Below are positions 1 to 10,139 of a DNA stretch of 64,000 nt, in pieces (within the stretch, counting starts at the first letter, position 1; each line of letters opens with the position of its first letter). The notes beneath the pieces are model-generated. The model did not search any database and was not told the DNA's origin. It was given only the letters and a program-made list of their open reading frames with translations. The translations under genes and the position numbers were made by a program. The stretch is from a virus. The stretch lies in IMG/VR virus record IMGVR_UViG_3300033148_007408, positions 38,656 through 102,655 of that record. One strand, 5' to 3'.

Positions 1-1
1 A

Positions 2-3000
2 TATCGAAGTGGAAGTTCATTATCAAGTAACATAAGCACCTACACTCCTGTTGAAATTGCCGATGAAACAATATCAATATCGGGATTGGAGTCTGTCGGG
101 GAAAGATTTATTAACAACAATGCGTCTAGGGCAATTCTAATAGGAACATATCAAAGTGGCGAAGATGGTGTTACGACCAATGGTAGTAATTTATTTACCT
201 CCAATAGTGCGACTTTTACTGCAGATGATGTTGGCAGAGCACTTATTATAGGAGCATCAACAAATACTCCAGTTCAGCAGGTGGAGATATCAACAATAAT
301 AAATAGCCATCAAGTTACTGTAGATGAGAGTATAACACATACTGGGGCCGATAGGGTCTGGGTTATATTGGATTTATCTACTGAAGCCGACAAAACCATT
401 ACACTAGAAAATGATATTATATCTGTTAGTAATATCTATCTGGTTAATCAACTTGGAACAGTTCCATTTTCTTCGCTGGATGGATATTATGATGTAAGTC
501 GTGATTCGTTTAGTGGGAATATAATAACTTTGGGTGCCACTAACCCACTTTCAGTTGGAGAGGCAATAATAGTAAATTATAACTCTGGTAATATTTTTGT
601 TGATTATCAATATCTCAAAGACGAAATGTTAGTATCTTATGAATATGGAAAAAACTCAATAGATTGGAGTATCAGTAATAGTTTAAGCGAGGATGATGAA
701 TATTTTGTGACATATAAATATGGAGCACTGAGAGAGCCACTTTTATTAAACTTTGGCTCTTTAACACAAATACCGGTTTTAACAAACTTCCCATATGATT
801 TTGACCGAGAAGTTTATCGCTCTGTCGTTGGTGGAACTTTACAATCGTTCGTAAAGGGCCCAACCATACCCTCTATGGAAAAATTAGTAGAATCTTTTAC
901 AAATGTTACCCCCACTATAACCGAATATGCTTTTAGTAATTGGGTGCTAGGAAGAGATTACCTAAATCTAAATGTTGCGAAATCAGAAACATCAGCCAAA
1001 TTTGATGTTGGAAAATTCGGAAATGGTGTTAAAATTGAAACAGGGCAAAATATACAAATCTCCGCATTATCGCATTTGAGATTAGAAGAGGGGACTTTGG
1101 AAACTTGGGTTAGACCATCGTGGAAGGGACTAGATAATGATGCCACAATAACCTTTGATTTATACAAAGATGGTTATAGGACGGCGGATAATGTGTTTAT
1201 AGGTTTTGATGCTCAAAATCCTGACGAGATTCCATTTGATTTGTTAGCATCAAGCACCTCTGTTATAGGACAGCCGAAAAATATAGACTCTAGTGTGGGA
1301 TATTTTATATGGTATGATGAGTTTGCCAACCAGTGGAATTTAAGATGGAGAGAGACTAACGATTCAACGCACGATTTTGTCGGAACTATTACCACTAGCG
1401 GGGAATTATTTAATATAGAAAAACCAACGAGCGACGGTTATGATTTAAATGAGATTACTGATTTAATAACCAGTTCTATTAAAATAATAGATTTTTCCGC
1501 CGAAATAGATGGATACGAACCCTCTGGGGATTATTCAAGTGATGGTTTATTATTTTCATCCGGCGACATTCATTATGTTTTAGATATGGCTGGTGCTTCT
1601 GATGCAAATCGATTTTCAATATTCAAAGATGGTGTAGGTTATTTGAACTTTAGAATAATAGACAATAGCAAAGAGTTAGGTAATGATGCTAGAATATGCA
1701 ACATATCCGAGTATGTGGGTGGTTGGAGCGCGGGAAGCTTACATCATGTTGCTGTTTCTTGGAAACTTAATTCATATAATGAAAATGACGAAATGCATCT
1801 TTTTATTGACGGACAAGAATCCCCAAATCTGTTTAAATATGGCGGAAATCCCAGTGCATCAAGCCAATATGATTTTGGTGATGTCGGAGAAGAGATAGTT
1901 GTGTCTATTGCCACCCGACCTACAGTTGGGGGATATGATGGCGTTTCAGAAGCAGGCTCTACTTTATTTAGGTCCGTAGATATAGATTTTGAGTCACGCG
2001 GTGTTTTGGTCGGCGACAACCTATATGTATTAGAAGAAAACGCGGATGGCACAGAAGATTCTTTAGGTGGAATCTATACTATTGTTGGTGTAGGATCAAA
2101 TACACTAAGTTTGAATCGTGCTCTTACTCTTTCATTGGGAAATATAGATTTTAGTGTTAATCCAATCGCACAAGAGGTTGCTACTGCTTTAAACTTGCAA
2201 AAGTTTGGAATATATACGACTGACGCAGATGGAAGCGAAACGGAACTTCAAGGTCTTAATGCTTCGGAACCAGATTATTCAGTGTCTCGTGGAACATACG
2301 ATGCTCATATATTAACAGTAATGGATGGCGTGGATGTTGGTGATGCGATTACTATTAAAACTTTTGGTCTTGTATTTAGAAGATGTAAAGATCAAATATT
2401 TGTATATGAAAATAATGAAAGTCAAATAAGGACAAACTCTCCTTATCCCGCTACATTGGGCGATGTAGATATAACTGCTATATTATTATCTAAAAGGTTG
2501 GTAAGTCAATATAATGATGAATTTACTCTATTGGAAAATGGCTCATTATTCGCATCTTATGGTGGTGATGGGTATGATTCACAATTTAGAGATGGATATG
2601 TGTATGGAGATGGATATGTGTGTCAGCCTAGCAACCAAACTAAGGGCCGTCGGGTGTCTCTTACTTTATCCGGCGACAATATTAACTACGGAGTAAATAA
2701 AGGAAATAGGGCAATTTTAACCGGAGAAACATATAATGGAGATCTGGAAGAGACTTTATATTTTACTGAAAACGGAACAGTTACCACATCCGAATATTGG
2801 TTAAACATCGAATCTGTTCAAATATATGTAATTCCAATAGATTCATCGGAACATGCCGGAACATTAGAAATTAGGGAGTTCAAGCCAATAAATGAATCGG
2901 AAAATAATGGTGATTTTGCCTCAATTGCCAATTATGAAAATGGAATATTCTCACTTGAAATTTTTGGTTCTGGTGGTTTAGATTTCGATCTAACCTCTTG

Positions 3001-4429
3001 TTCTTATGAAATAGACTATCCTACATTTCTTAAGATAAATATAGACACGATTCCCGATACATTATTTTTTGGCAGTGATTTTGAGGAAAATAATGAGTTC
3101 GATGGCACTATGGATGAATTACGTATATTAAATGTTATGTATGGTGATTTAAGAACTGGAGACACTTCGTCCGATGGCAAAAATATTACATCAGATTACA
3201 ATAAGATTGCATCTTTTGTTAAGGACAATAATACTACATTATTGATGCATTTTAATGATTCTGTGGCTGATTCTGCCGACTATGTAGATTCTTTTGATTC
3301 TGGATTTGAGGTGGCGGAGAGTGTAAATAGTTTATTTGGGAATGCCATTAGAGTTTCAGAAGATAAAAAATACGAAATAGGCAATGCAACCAATATATTT
3401 AACAACAACGAAGGAACCATTGAGTTTTGGGTAAGTCCATTGATAGAACCTCAAGAAGATCCGACTCTTCGCTATTATATCGATATTTCCTCATCAGTCG
3501 AAGAAGAGGTTGGGTCCTACACAAAACTTAATCTTATAACATCTAGAAGAATTAAAGAAGTAATTAGTATTTATTTACTGTCGGATATAAAAAACATAGG
3601 AATAGATTATTTCGTTGGAGGAAGTGTTTCTAATGTGGATGGAAAAACAATAACCCTAGGAACGCCACTTCCGTCCCAAAATACAAACGTCAAGGTTAGA
3701 TATGTTCCGTTGGGCGTAAGTGGTGATAGAGTGTCTATATTCAAAAGCAAAGAGGGAGCCATTAACTTCTTTTTGAAAGCAGAAGAAGTAGAACATATGA
3801 TAACCATGCAGGTTGATTGGGACAGAAACACATGGCATCGAGTAATGGTAATGTGGAAAACTAATAATTCAGATAATAATGATCGCATACGACTTTTTGT
3901 AGATGGAACGGAACGAGGAACTATTAAGTATGGAACTGGTTTATTATATGGAACCGGCGTAATATATGGGCAGGCAGAAATAAGACCGGGAGTTAATAGG
4001 TTCGTTGTTAGTGATATAAACCTACTGGACACTTTCTCAAAAATACACATAGGGACAGATTTTTATGGTGTAAATAATGCTATGGCACGGATAGACAATA
4101 TAAGATTCTCAGACGAACAACGACTTTCATCCATTAAAACAGTTGGTTATGATGTGCTGGACACAAACTATAATAGTAATGACAGTTTAGCCAATCCAGT
4201 AGTAAGCGATTTAATAACTACGCTGTTGGTGAACTTCGACAAAGAAATACAAATAATTGATGATTTAGTGACTTTGATGAACTCAAATCGGGGCTTATTT
4301 AGGTTTAAGATTGAAGTAGTGGATAGTTTTGGTAAGATAGGAGATGATGCCGTGCTTAGACAATTGTTGGTTGATTTAATAAATACATTAAAACCTGCTA
4401 ATAGTGAAGCAATTGTAGAGTTCATTTAA
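2..4429 (+). CDS. Large acidic virion structural protein, baseplate-wedge-like (P2 gpI/DUF2313-like) with two interrupted LamG/concanavalin-A-like domains; 5' end lies upstream of the window
   Basis: Frame is open from nt 2 (YRSGSSLSSNIST...), so TTG86 is not the true start. Wedge-like segment DREVYRSVVGGTLQSFVKGPT and C-terminal LINTLKPANSEAIVEF. LamG motifs: EGTLETWVRP/LHHVAVSW/LFIDG/DGTMDELRI and EGTIEFWVSP/WHRVMVMW/LFVDG/RIDNIRFS. Confidence 0.7.
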   Translation, partial: YRSGSSLSSNISTYTPVEIADETISISGLESVGERFINNNASRAILIGTYQSGEDGVTTNGSNLFTSNSATFTADDVGRALIIGASTNTPVQQVEISTIINSHQVTVDESITHTGADRVWVILDLSTEADKTITLENDIISVSNIYLVNQLGTVPFSSLDGYYDVSRDSFSGNIITLGATNPLSVGEAIIVNYNSGNIFVDYQYLKDEMLVSYEYGKNSIDWSISNSLSEDDEYFVTYKYGALREPLLLNFGSLTQIPVLTNFPYDFDREVYRSVVGGTLQSFVKGPTIPSMEKLVESFTNVTPTITEYAFSNWVLGRDYLNLNVAKSETSAKFDVGKFGNGVKIETGQNIQISALSHLRLEEGTLETWVRPSWKGLDNDATITFDLYKDGYRTADNVFIGFDAQNPDEIPFDLLASSTSVIGQPKNIDSSVGYFIWYDEFANQWNLRWRETNDSTHDFVGTITTSGELFNIEKPTSDGYDLNEITDLITSSIKIIDFSAEIDGYEPSGDYSSDGLLFSSGDIHYVLDMAGASDANRFSIFKDGVGYLNFRIIDNSKELGNDARICNISEYVGGWSAGSLHHVAVSWKLNSYNENDEMHLFIDGQESPNLFKYGGNPSASSQYDFGDVGEEIVVSIATRPTVGGYDGVSEAGSTLFRSVDIDFESRGVLVGDNLYVLEENADGTEDSLGGIYTIVGVGSNTLSLNRALTLSLGNIDFSVNPIAQEVATALNLQKFGIYTTDADGSETELQGLNASEPDYSVSRGTYDAHILTVMDGVDVGDAITIKTFGLVFRRCKDQIFVYENNESQIRTNSPYPATLGDVDITAILLSKRLVSQYNDEFTLLENGSLFASYGGDGYDSQFRDGYVYGDGYVCQPSNQTKGRRVSLTLSGDNINYGVNKGNRAILTGETYNGDLEETLYFTENGTVTTSEYWLNIESVQIYVIPIDSSEHAGTLEIREFKPINESENNGDFASIANYENGIFSLEIFGSGGLDFDLTSCSYEIDYPTFLKINIDTIPDTLFFGSDFEENNEFDGTMDELRILNVMYGDLRTGDTSSDGKNITSDYNKIASFVKDNNTTLLMHFNDSVADSADYVDSFDSGFEVAESVNSLFGNAIRVSEDKKYEIGNATNIFNNNEGTIEFWVSPLIEPQEDPTLRYYIDISSSVEEEVGSYTKLNLITSRRIKEVISIYLLSDIKNIGIDYFVGGSVSNVDGKTITLGTPLPSQNTNVKVRYVPLGVSGDRVSIFKSKEGAINFFLKAEEVEHMITMQVDWDRNTWHRVMVMWKTNNSDNNDRIRLFVDGTERGTIKYGTGLLYGTGVIYGQAEIRPGVNRFVVSDINLLDTFSKIHIGTDFYGVNNAMARIDNIRFSDEQRLSSIKTVGYDVLDTNYNSNDSLANPVVSDLITTLLVNFDKEIQIIDDLVTLMNSNRGLFRFKIEVVDSFGKIGDDAVLRQLLVDLINTLKPANSEAIVEFI

Positions 4430-4467
4430 ACGTATTATATATAACTTTTCTTGTCTTGTCATACATG

Positions 4468-4479
4468 GTATAATATAAC
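4468..4479 (+). promoter_or_regulatory. Promoter-like motif class B (GTATAATATAAC)
   Basis: Intergenic; the motif recurs at 8725, 24020, 44437, 63592 and 63527(-), each upstream of a gene start. Confidence 0.55.
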
Positions 4480-4526
4480 GCCATTTCTTAAAAAAACAAG
4501 TAAAAAGCGACATAGGAGATAAAAAA

Positions 4527-6332
4527 ATGAGTCATATGATTTATTCACGAAATAATTTCTTCGACGGCCAAGAAATATTCGAGGAAGAGATGGATTTGGA
4601 GCAAAATGCTTGGCACGGTACTTTAGCCGGCAATGTGGATTTTATTTCTGGCAGCGGCGTAGAGAAAGAATATTCCACGCAAAGAGTTTTATTTGACACT
4701 GATTCGGCTCCTGCATCTGTTCAAACATTAATAAGTACGCAAAACTTTGATGGAGAGCCCTTGTATGAAACTGATTCATTCGGCAGCACTGTGTTTTTAC
4801 AGCCATCGGATTCGACTCAAGGAAATCAGATGGAAATAGAAATAAGCGGATCTTCTTTAGATGGGACGCCCCTTCTCAAAGTTTATTTATTCGGTACAAT
4901 TTTTGATGGGGAGTTTAAAGAAGAGGTAATGATATTTGATTCAAATTCCAGTCATATCACTCAAAATTATTTTACTACTGTTGTTGCTATTATGACTCAA
5001 GATTTTAGAGGAAATCAAAATACTCTTGTGGACGGAGTGGCAAGTAGAAATAACGGAGGCAGGCTTAAGATCTTGGAAGCATTACCTATGGCCGTTGCTT
5101 ATGATTCTATAATGGTTCAACAGGCACGAGAACCCAACCAAGACTATGTAGATTTCAAGCCGGCTACCCTATTTAAAACTTTGGATATTTTGCTGGATGA
5201 AATTGCGGCAGAGGGAGGAAAGGACAAAGACGATCTGGAAATAAACATGACATCCACTGACACACGAAAGCTTGAATCAGAACAAACGGGTGTAATTATA
5301 GGGCAGAAGTTTAAAGCGACAACCAATAATATACAAAAAATAACTATATTGCTTGCCGTAGAGGAAAGAACATTAGTACCAGAGTCCGTAAAGTATGATT
5401 GGTCTGGAGATATAGTTGTTGGAATAAGAGCGTTACAGACTACTACATCCTGTCCTACCGATATAATACCAAACTCTCAAATTGAATTCGACCCAGAGCC
5501 ATCCTCAATAGCGGAAGTATCATTCAGTAAAGCAGAGTTAGAAGATCTTGGTGTGGTACTTACAGACACGGCACAAGAGGTTGATTTTGTATTCACTCAA
5601 TCTTTATTGGCAAACCCAAATCTATCGCCAAGTATTATTCCGAGTTCTTATTATGTTTTAACCATTAGACGATCAGGAAATGTTAGAACTGGAAATATAA
5701 TACTACAAGAGGCGGCGAATACTACTGCGGACCCAACTGAAACTGATGAAATGATGATGACCGTATTCTCACAAAATAAATGGACTGATATTCCGGAAAA
5801 TGATTTGTGGTTTCAGATTCACACAGATGCCGTTAGAATTGTTGACGGCACAGCAATAGACACGGGAGTTGCCATTACCTCACCCAAAGTTAAAGAAAAT
5901 ACAAGCACCGGCCTTAACGAGCCATATGTTGAGGGACATCATAGTTTTATTAACGTTTCGGATAATGATTACAATTATATCATAGTTCAGAAGTCTAACG
6001 AATTTACCGATACGGTTAGTCACCCCTCTACTGGAAACTTGGTATTTTCGAGAATTAATGATGCTCCAGAAATTGCAGTGGTGGCGGAGTCTACTTTAAC
6101 TACCTTGATTTCTGCTGGCAATAAACCCATAGTTCTCGCTGCGGTTCAAGACACAAATCCGGTAAGTAATGAAACTATAACTGGATATACTTTATTTCCG
6201 GGGCTTGCGGGAACGAATACTTTTACGTTTATTGCTCCTTCTTCTGACATTACAGTAAATAATTTAGTTGGGTCTATTTTGGTGCCTAATACCGATGAGC
6301 CTGACCTAAAGCAGACTCATACGGCGATATAA
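4527..6332 (+). CDS. Acidic virion structural protein, N-terminal part (continues in the -1 frame into 6305-7312)
   Basis: AGGAG RBS. N-terminus RNNFFDGQEIFEEEMDLEQ resembles the N-termini of phage/contractile-tail baseplate and fibre proteins. Acidic, S/T-rich composition. Confidence 0.6.
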   Translation: MSHMIYSRNNFFDGQEIFEEEMDLEQNAWHGTLAGNVDFISGSGVEKEYSTQRVLFDTDSAPASVQTLISTQNFDGEPLYETDSFGSTVFLQPSDSTQGNQMEIEISGSSLDGTPLLKVYLFGTIFDGEFKEEVMIFDSNSSHITQNYFTTVVAIMTQDFRGNQNTLVDGVASRNNGGRLKILEALPMAVAYDSIMVQQAREPNQDYVDFKPATLFKTLDILLDEIAAEGGKDKDDLEINMTSTDTRKLESEQTGVIIGQKFKATTNNIQKITILLAVEERTLVPESVKYDWSGDIVVGIRALQTTTSCPTDIIPNSQIEFDPEPSSIAEVSFSKAELEDLGVVLTDTAQEVDFVFTQSLLANPNLSPSIIPSSYYVLTIRRSGNVRTGNIILQEAANTTADPTETDEMMMTVFSQNKWTDIPENDLWFQIHTDAVRIVDGTAIDTGVAITSPKVKENTSTGLNEPYVEGHHSFINVSDNDYNYIIVQKSNEFTDTVSHPSTGNLVFSRINDAPEIAVVAESTLTTLISAGNKPIVLAAVQDTNPVSNETITGYTLFPGLAGTNTFTFIAPSSDITVNNLVGSILVPNTDEPDLKQTHTAI

Positions 6333-7312
6333 ACCGCTCTGGAGAAATCGATGCCGACGACGTAACTCGATGTTTGGAAATCGGAGATATTGTTGCCGGA
6401 GATGGATATTCTGAAGATCTGGCCACCGGTTCTTTGGGTTCTGATAATCAACTGGCCGGCCTACTAGCTGGCAACGTAACAATGGTTGAAATCATCAGAG
6501 CAGACGTATTGGATGTTGGGCTTGTAACAACAGCATCAGCGGCAGCGATACAACAACACATTTCTTTAGGGACGGCGTTTGCTGCGGGAACTACATTTAC
6601 GCGAGTAATGCTGACAGTGGAAAGCGTCATCAATCCACTTACAACAAGCCCAGATATAGAGGGTGGTGATACTGCGTTCAACACAGTTCCGTTTTCAGAT
6701 ATACCTTTCCGGATAGATTTCATTCCGCTGTGGTCCGAAAGTAATATCGCGGTAACGGATTTGAGACGATTTGTACCGAAAACACTTACTGAGATTGCCA
6801 CTACCGATATTACAGGAACAACAAAAAGCGGAGGAAAGAACATTGCGCTCGTTCCGGATGATCTAATTTTGACAGGTGATTTATTGGACGAAGATAGCAA
6901 TCCGAAGAAGATAGATTTAGAGACAACGAATATTACGATTACTTTGCCTGAAGGTGATACGATTGGAGAAATTGATATTTTCAACAACTACATAAAAAAC
7001 ATTATGTATTTTTCAGATGGTACGTTGGTTAGTTCGAGTGCTCTTACAGACGAGCAGATTCGTATAGACGCTGCGATACAAAGTTTATATAAATCGGATG
7101 GATATTCTGATCAAGTCGAGAATATCGCCGTTTTATATACTTCGTCATCGGGGATATTGCGTATTAATGCAACAAGTGTGCAGAATGTAGTTACGAGCGC
7201 CGAACAGAAAACGAGAATAGTGCTTTCCGTATCCCTCAAAAAAGCAGGATTTAGAAACGCCGAAGTTGATATTTCTGCCACTGATGTTGACGAATTGCTG
7301 ATTCCGCTGTAA
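6305..7312 (+). CDS. C-terminal part of the split structural protein, with a dockerin/EF-hand-like repeat pair
   Basis: Frame opens at 6305, well before TTG6374, and reads ADSYGDINRSGEIDADDVTRCLEI, later RADVLDVGLVTTASAAAIQQHI. Same composition as the upstream ORF. Confidence 0.6.
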   Translation, partial: PKADSYGDINRSGEIDADDVTRCLEIGDIVAGDGYSEDLATGSLGSDNQLAGLLAGNVTMVEIIRADVLDVGLVTTASAAAIQQHISLGTAFAAGTTFTRVMLTVESVINPLTTSPDIEGGDTAFNTVPFSDIPFRIDFIPLWSESNIAVTDLRRFVPKTLTEIATTDITGTTKSGGKNIALVPDDLILTGDLLDEDSNPKKIDLETTNITITLPEGDTIGEIDIFNNYIKNIMYFSDGTLVSSSALTDEQIRIDAAIQSLYKSDGYSDQVENIAVLYTSSSGILRINATSVQNVVTSAEQKTRIVLSVSLKKAGFRNAEVDISATDVDELLIPL

Positions 7313-7343
7313 AAAAGCACAATTAAAATAATAGGTTAGGATT

Positions 7344-7387
7344 AAAAGCCTCTGTTGAAAAAAAGTCAAAAAAACAGAGGCTTTTTT
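7344..7387 (+). terminator. Intrinsic terminator-like hairpin, possibly bidirectional
   Basis: AAAAGCCTCTGTT (7344-7356) is the perfect reverse complement of AACAGAGGCTTTT (7373-7385); ends in a T-tract; directly follows the structural genes. Confidence 0.75.
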
Positions 7388-7392
7388 GCGTC

Positions 7393-7417
7393 AATCTATC
7401 AATAATCCGGATATAGT
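7393..7417 (+). promoter_or_regulatory. Promoter-like motif class A (AATCTATCAATAAT-N4-ATATAGT)
   Basis: Near-identical copy at 20263 at the same distance (40 vs 41 nt) from the ATG; variants at 30914, 30933 and 23995(-). Confidence 0.65.
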
Positions 7418-7432
7418 ATAGAGGAGACAAAA

Positions 7433-8704
7433 ATGGAAAAAACTGGAATAATTTACATGGCAACAAACAAAATAAGCGGAAAATCTTATATTGGGCAAAC
7501 CATAAGGGCGTTGAAAAAAAGAATTCGGGAACATTTTTATGACTCGAATATAATAAAAAAAGATGGCTCTTTCAAACATACTTTTAAGTTTGCTAATGCT
7601 CTCCGAAAATATCAAGAGGGCGATTGGAAGTGGAAGATACTACTTGACGACATTCCCCAAAAATATCTTGCAACCAAAGAGGAGTGGTCTGTCGCCAAAC
7701 ATGACACTTTTCATAATGGTTATAATTCTACTAAGGGTGGAGAAGACTGTCCAATGAGATACGAAGAATCTAGAAGAAAATTATCTGAGTCCAAAATGGG
7801 AACAAAACGACCTGATTTATCTGAGAGGAACAAACGAGTTAAATATTTCGGAGAAAAGAATCCCAAATCTAAACTGAATTGGGAAAAAGTAAAAGAAATT
7901 AGAGACAAATACTTATCGGGCAAGTTCACATCTGTTAAATTAGGCAAAGAATATGGGGTGGCACCAAATACTATTTTGGGCATCATTGAAAACAAATCGT
8001 GGAAGAATGATGATTATAATGTCGATTTTGATAAGATTCGAGAAATTAAAAGAAGAAATCTTAGCGGCAAGGGAGGAAACAACTATGGCGCTAGATTAAG
8101 TTGGGATAGGGTCGAAAAGATTAGGAGTAAATATTTATCGGGCAATTTTTCATTAAGCAAATTGGCAACTAAATATGAGGTAAGCAAAGATGTTATAAGT
8201 CGCATCGTAAATAATAAATTTTGGATTGATCCATTATACAAAGCGGATAGTAATGTTATAAAAGAGATAGGGAAAAAGAACAGAAAAAAAGAAATGAGCG
8301 GTGAAAACAGCCCACTTGCTAAATTAACTTGGGGTCAAACTAGGGAAATTAGAGAAAAATATTTATCGGGTGGTTTAACATCTGCTAAACTCGCCAACCA
8401 ATATAATGTAAGCCCATCTACTGTTTTGCGTGTAATAAATAATAAAGCATGGGAAGATCCGTTATGTAGTATAAACGGCGATGTGGCAAAAAAGATTGGA
8501 AAAGAAAACGAAAAAATGAAGAAAATAAGCGGAGAAGATAACCCACATGCTAAATTAACATGGGATATTGTGAGAGAAATAAGAAGCAAGTATTCATTCG
8601 GCAAATTTTCTTATGATGATTTGTCTAAAGAATATCACGTATCAAAACCACACATTGGTCGTATTATTAATAACGAAAATTGGAAAATACCACCAAAAAA
8701 ATAA
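7433..8704 (+). CDS. GIY-YIG homing endonuclease with NUMOD3-like motif and four tandem HTH repeats
   Basis: GIIYMATNKISGKSYIGQT, GYNSTKGGE and ESRRKLSESKMG motifs; four repeats of KLxWxxVxEIRxKYLSG...LAxxYxVS...I.RIINNxxW. Confidence 0.9.
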   Translation: MEKTGIIYMATNKISGKSYIGQTIRALKKRIREHFYDSNIIKKDGSFKHTFKFANALRKYQEGDWKWKILLDDIPQKYLATKEEWSVAKHDTFHNGYNSTKGGEDCPMRYEESRRKLSESKMGTKRPDLSERNKRVKYFGEKNPKSKLNWEKVKEIRDKYLSGKFTSVKLGKEYGVAPNTILGIIENKSWKNDDYNVDFDKIREIKRRNLSGKGGNNYGARLSWDRVEKIRSKYLSGNFSLSKLATKYEVSKDVISRIVNNKFWIDPLYKADSNVIKEIGKKNRKKEMSGENSPLAKLTWGQTREIREKYLSGGLTSAKLANQYNVSPSTVLRVINNKAWEDPLCSINGDVAKKIGKENEKMKKISGEDNPHAKLTWDIVREIRSKYSFGKFSYDDLSKEYHVSKPHIGRIINNENWKIPPKK

Positions 8705-8724
8705 GCGGAAACCCATAATAAACT

Positions 8725-8737
8725 GTATAATATAAAC
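8725..8737 (+). promoter_or_regulatory. Promoter-like motif class B (GTATAATATAAAC)
   Basis: Identical 13-mer at 63592; directly followed by AAGGAGG RBS and ATG8751. Confidence 0.65.
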
Positions 8738-8750
8738 AAGGAGGTCTAAA

Positions 8751-8915
8751 ATGGCTAGAAAGAAGTATGATTATAAAATTCTTATCGTGAACTTTAAGAA
8801 ACAACACTATGACCTGTACGATTGGTTGAAAAAGTATTGTGATGACAACGGACTTACTATTTCTCATTTAGTGCGGGAAATAATAAGAGATTTCAAGGAT
8901 TCTAAGGGTGGATGA
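8751..8915 (+). CDS. Small ribbon-helix-helix (CopG/Arc-like) DNA-binding protein, 54 aa, absent from the ORF track
   Basis: AAGGAGG RBS; translates MARKKYDYKILIVNFKKQHYDLYDWLKKYCDDNGLTISHLVREIIRDFKDSKGG; strand-helix-helix pattern; similar to 20304-20486. Confidence 0.8.
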   Translation: MARKKYDYKILIVNFKKQHYDLYDWLKKYCDDNGLTISHLVREIIRDFKDSKGG

Positions 8916-10131
8916 AAAATTAGATATTAGAAGTTTCAGTTGGCTTAAACCCGATCTTTCATGGGCGTTTGTAATATACGAGTTGACAAACGCTTTTGAC
9001 AATCTTGGGTGTAATTCGATGGTCCTTTCTACAAACGGAATGGACGAATCTTATTTTGATACACCCAACAAACGAAACAAATCTATCGCTGCTCTTGAAC
9101 AATTTGGGCCGGGAAAGAAATCGGTATTTCTGGACTACTGTTATACGGTGGCTCCAAATTATTCAAAAAGATTTCTTCAAAACTCAAAAAATCGGGCGTG
9201 TGTGTATAACTACGAGACAACTATAATGCCCCCAGCGTGGAAGAGTTTGTATGACACTATCGACTATCACTTTCCCAGTTCTAATTTTTGTGCCGAGGTT
9301 TTTTATCGTAATGGGGTGCCGCTGGAGAAGATATTTGTTATACCTCATGGTGTGAATCAAAGAAAATTCAATAAAGATGTGCCTCCGATTAAATTGAGAA
9401 CCAAGAAGGCTTATAAGTTTCTTTGCGTTGCGGCGCCTCATTATCGAAAAAATCTGGATGTGTTGCTAGATGCATATTGTCAAGCGTTTACTGCTGATGA
9501 TAATGTATGTCTTGTACTGAAAACGAAGGTATATAAACACTCGGATGGGATTATTGGGAAAGACAATCCGAACGGCAGACAGTTATATGAGTTATGTTTG
9601 GGTGATTTGTTTAAACCGCTGATTAAAAAATATGGTAAAAAAATGCCTGAAATTGAAATACTGGGCGGGCGAGTGAAAAATCCCGCCAGTGTGTATAATT
9701 CGTGTAGTTGCCACGTTAGTACTACTGGCGGGGAAGGGTTTTTCCTCCCTGGGCTAGAGTCGCAATCTTGTGGCGGCGTTGATGGCAAAGGCATTGTAAA
9801 TATTGTTCCGCGATATTCTGGTCATCTTGATTTTATGAATGAGAATAATGCCCTTCTTATTAACACTAAATTACGCCATGCGACCGGGCAGGAGCAATAT
9901 TGGGGATATGATCCGAAAGCCGTAATAGGACAGCCGGATTTGAGGTACACTGTGGAGTTAATGAGAAAAGCCTATAAAGAACACGACTCATTAGTTCAAA
10001 AGTTTAAGCCAGAAATAGAACGCATCGTGAATAAGTTTTCGTGGGAAAACGCTGCACAAATGATGATAGACGTGTGCAATAAAAAAATAAACCATTATAT
10101 TCCGGACACTTACAATTACTGGCCAAAATAG
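8908..10131 (+). CDS. Glycosyltransferase, GT4 family
   Basis: VIPHGVN, RKNLDVLLDAY and GEGFFLPGLESQSCG (Ex7E) motifs. Confidence 0.9.
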   Translation: MDEKLDIRSFSWLKPDLSWAFVIYELTNAFDNLGCNSMVLSTNGMDESYFDTPNKRNKSIAALEQFGPGKKSVFLDYCYTVAPNYSKRFLQNSKNRACVYNYETTIMPPAWKSLYDTIDYHFPSSNFCAEVFYRNGVPLEKIFVIPHGVNQRKFNKDVPPIKLRTKKAYKFLCVAAPHYRKNLDVLLDAYCQAFTADDNVCLVLKTKVYKHSDGIIGKDNPNGRQLYELCLGDLFKPLIKKYGKKMPEIEILGGRVKNPASVYNSCSCHVSTTGGEGFFLPGLESQSCGGVDGKGIVNIVPRYSGHLDFMNENNALLINTKLRHATGQEQYWGYDPKAVIGQPDLRYTVELMRKAYKEHDSLVQKFKPEIERIVNKFSWENAAQMMIDVCNKKINHYIPDTYNYWPK

Positions 10132-10139
10132 GATAATAA

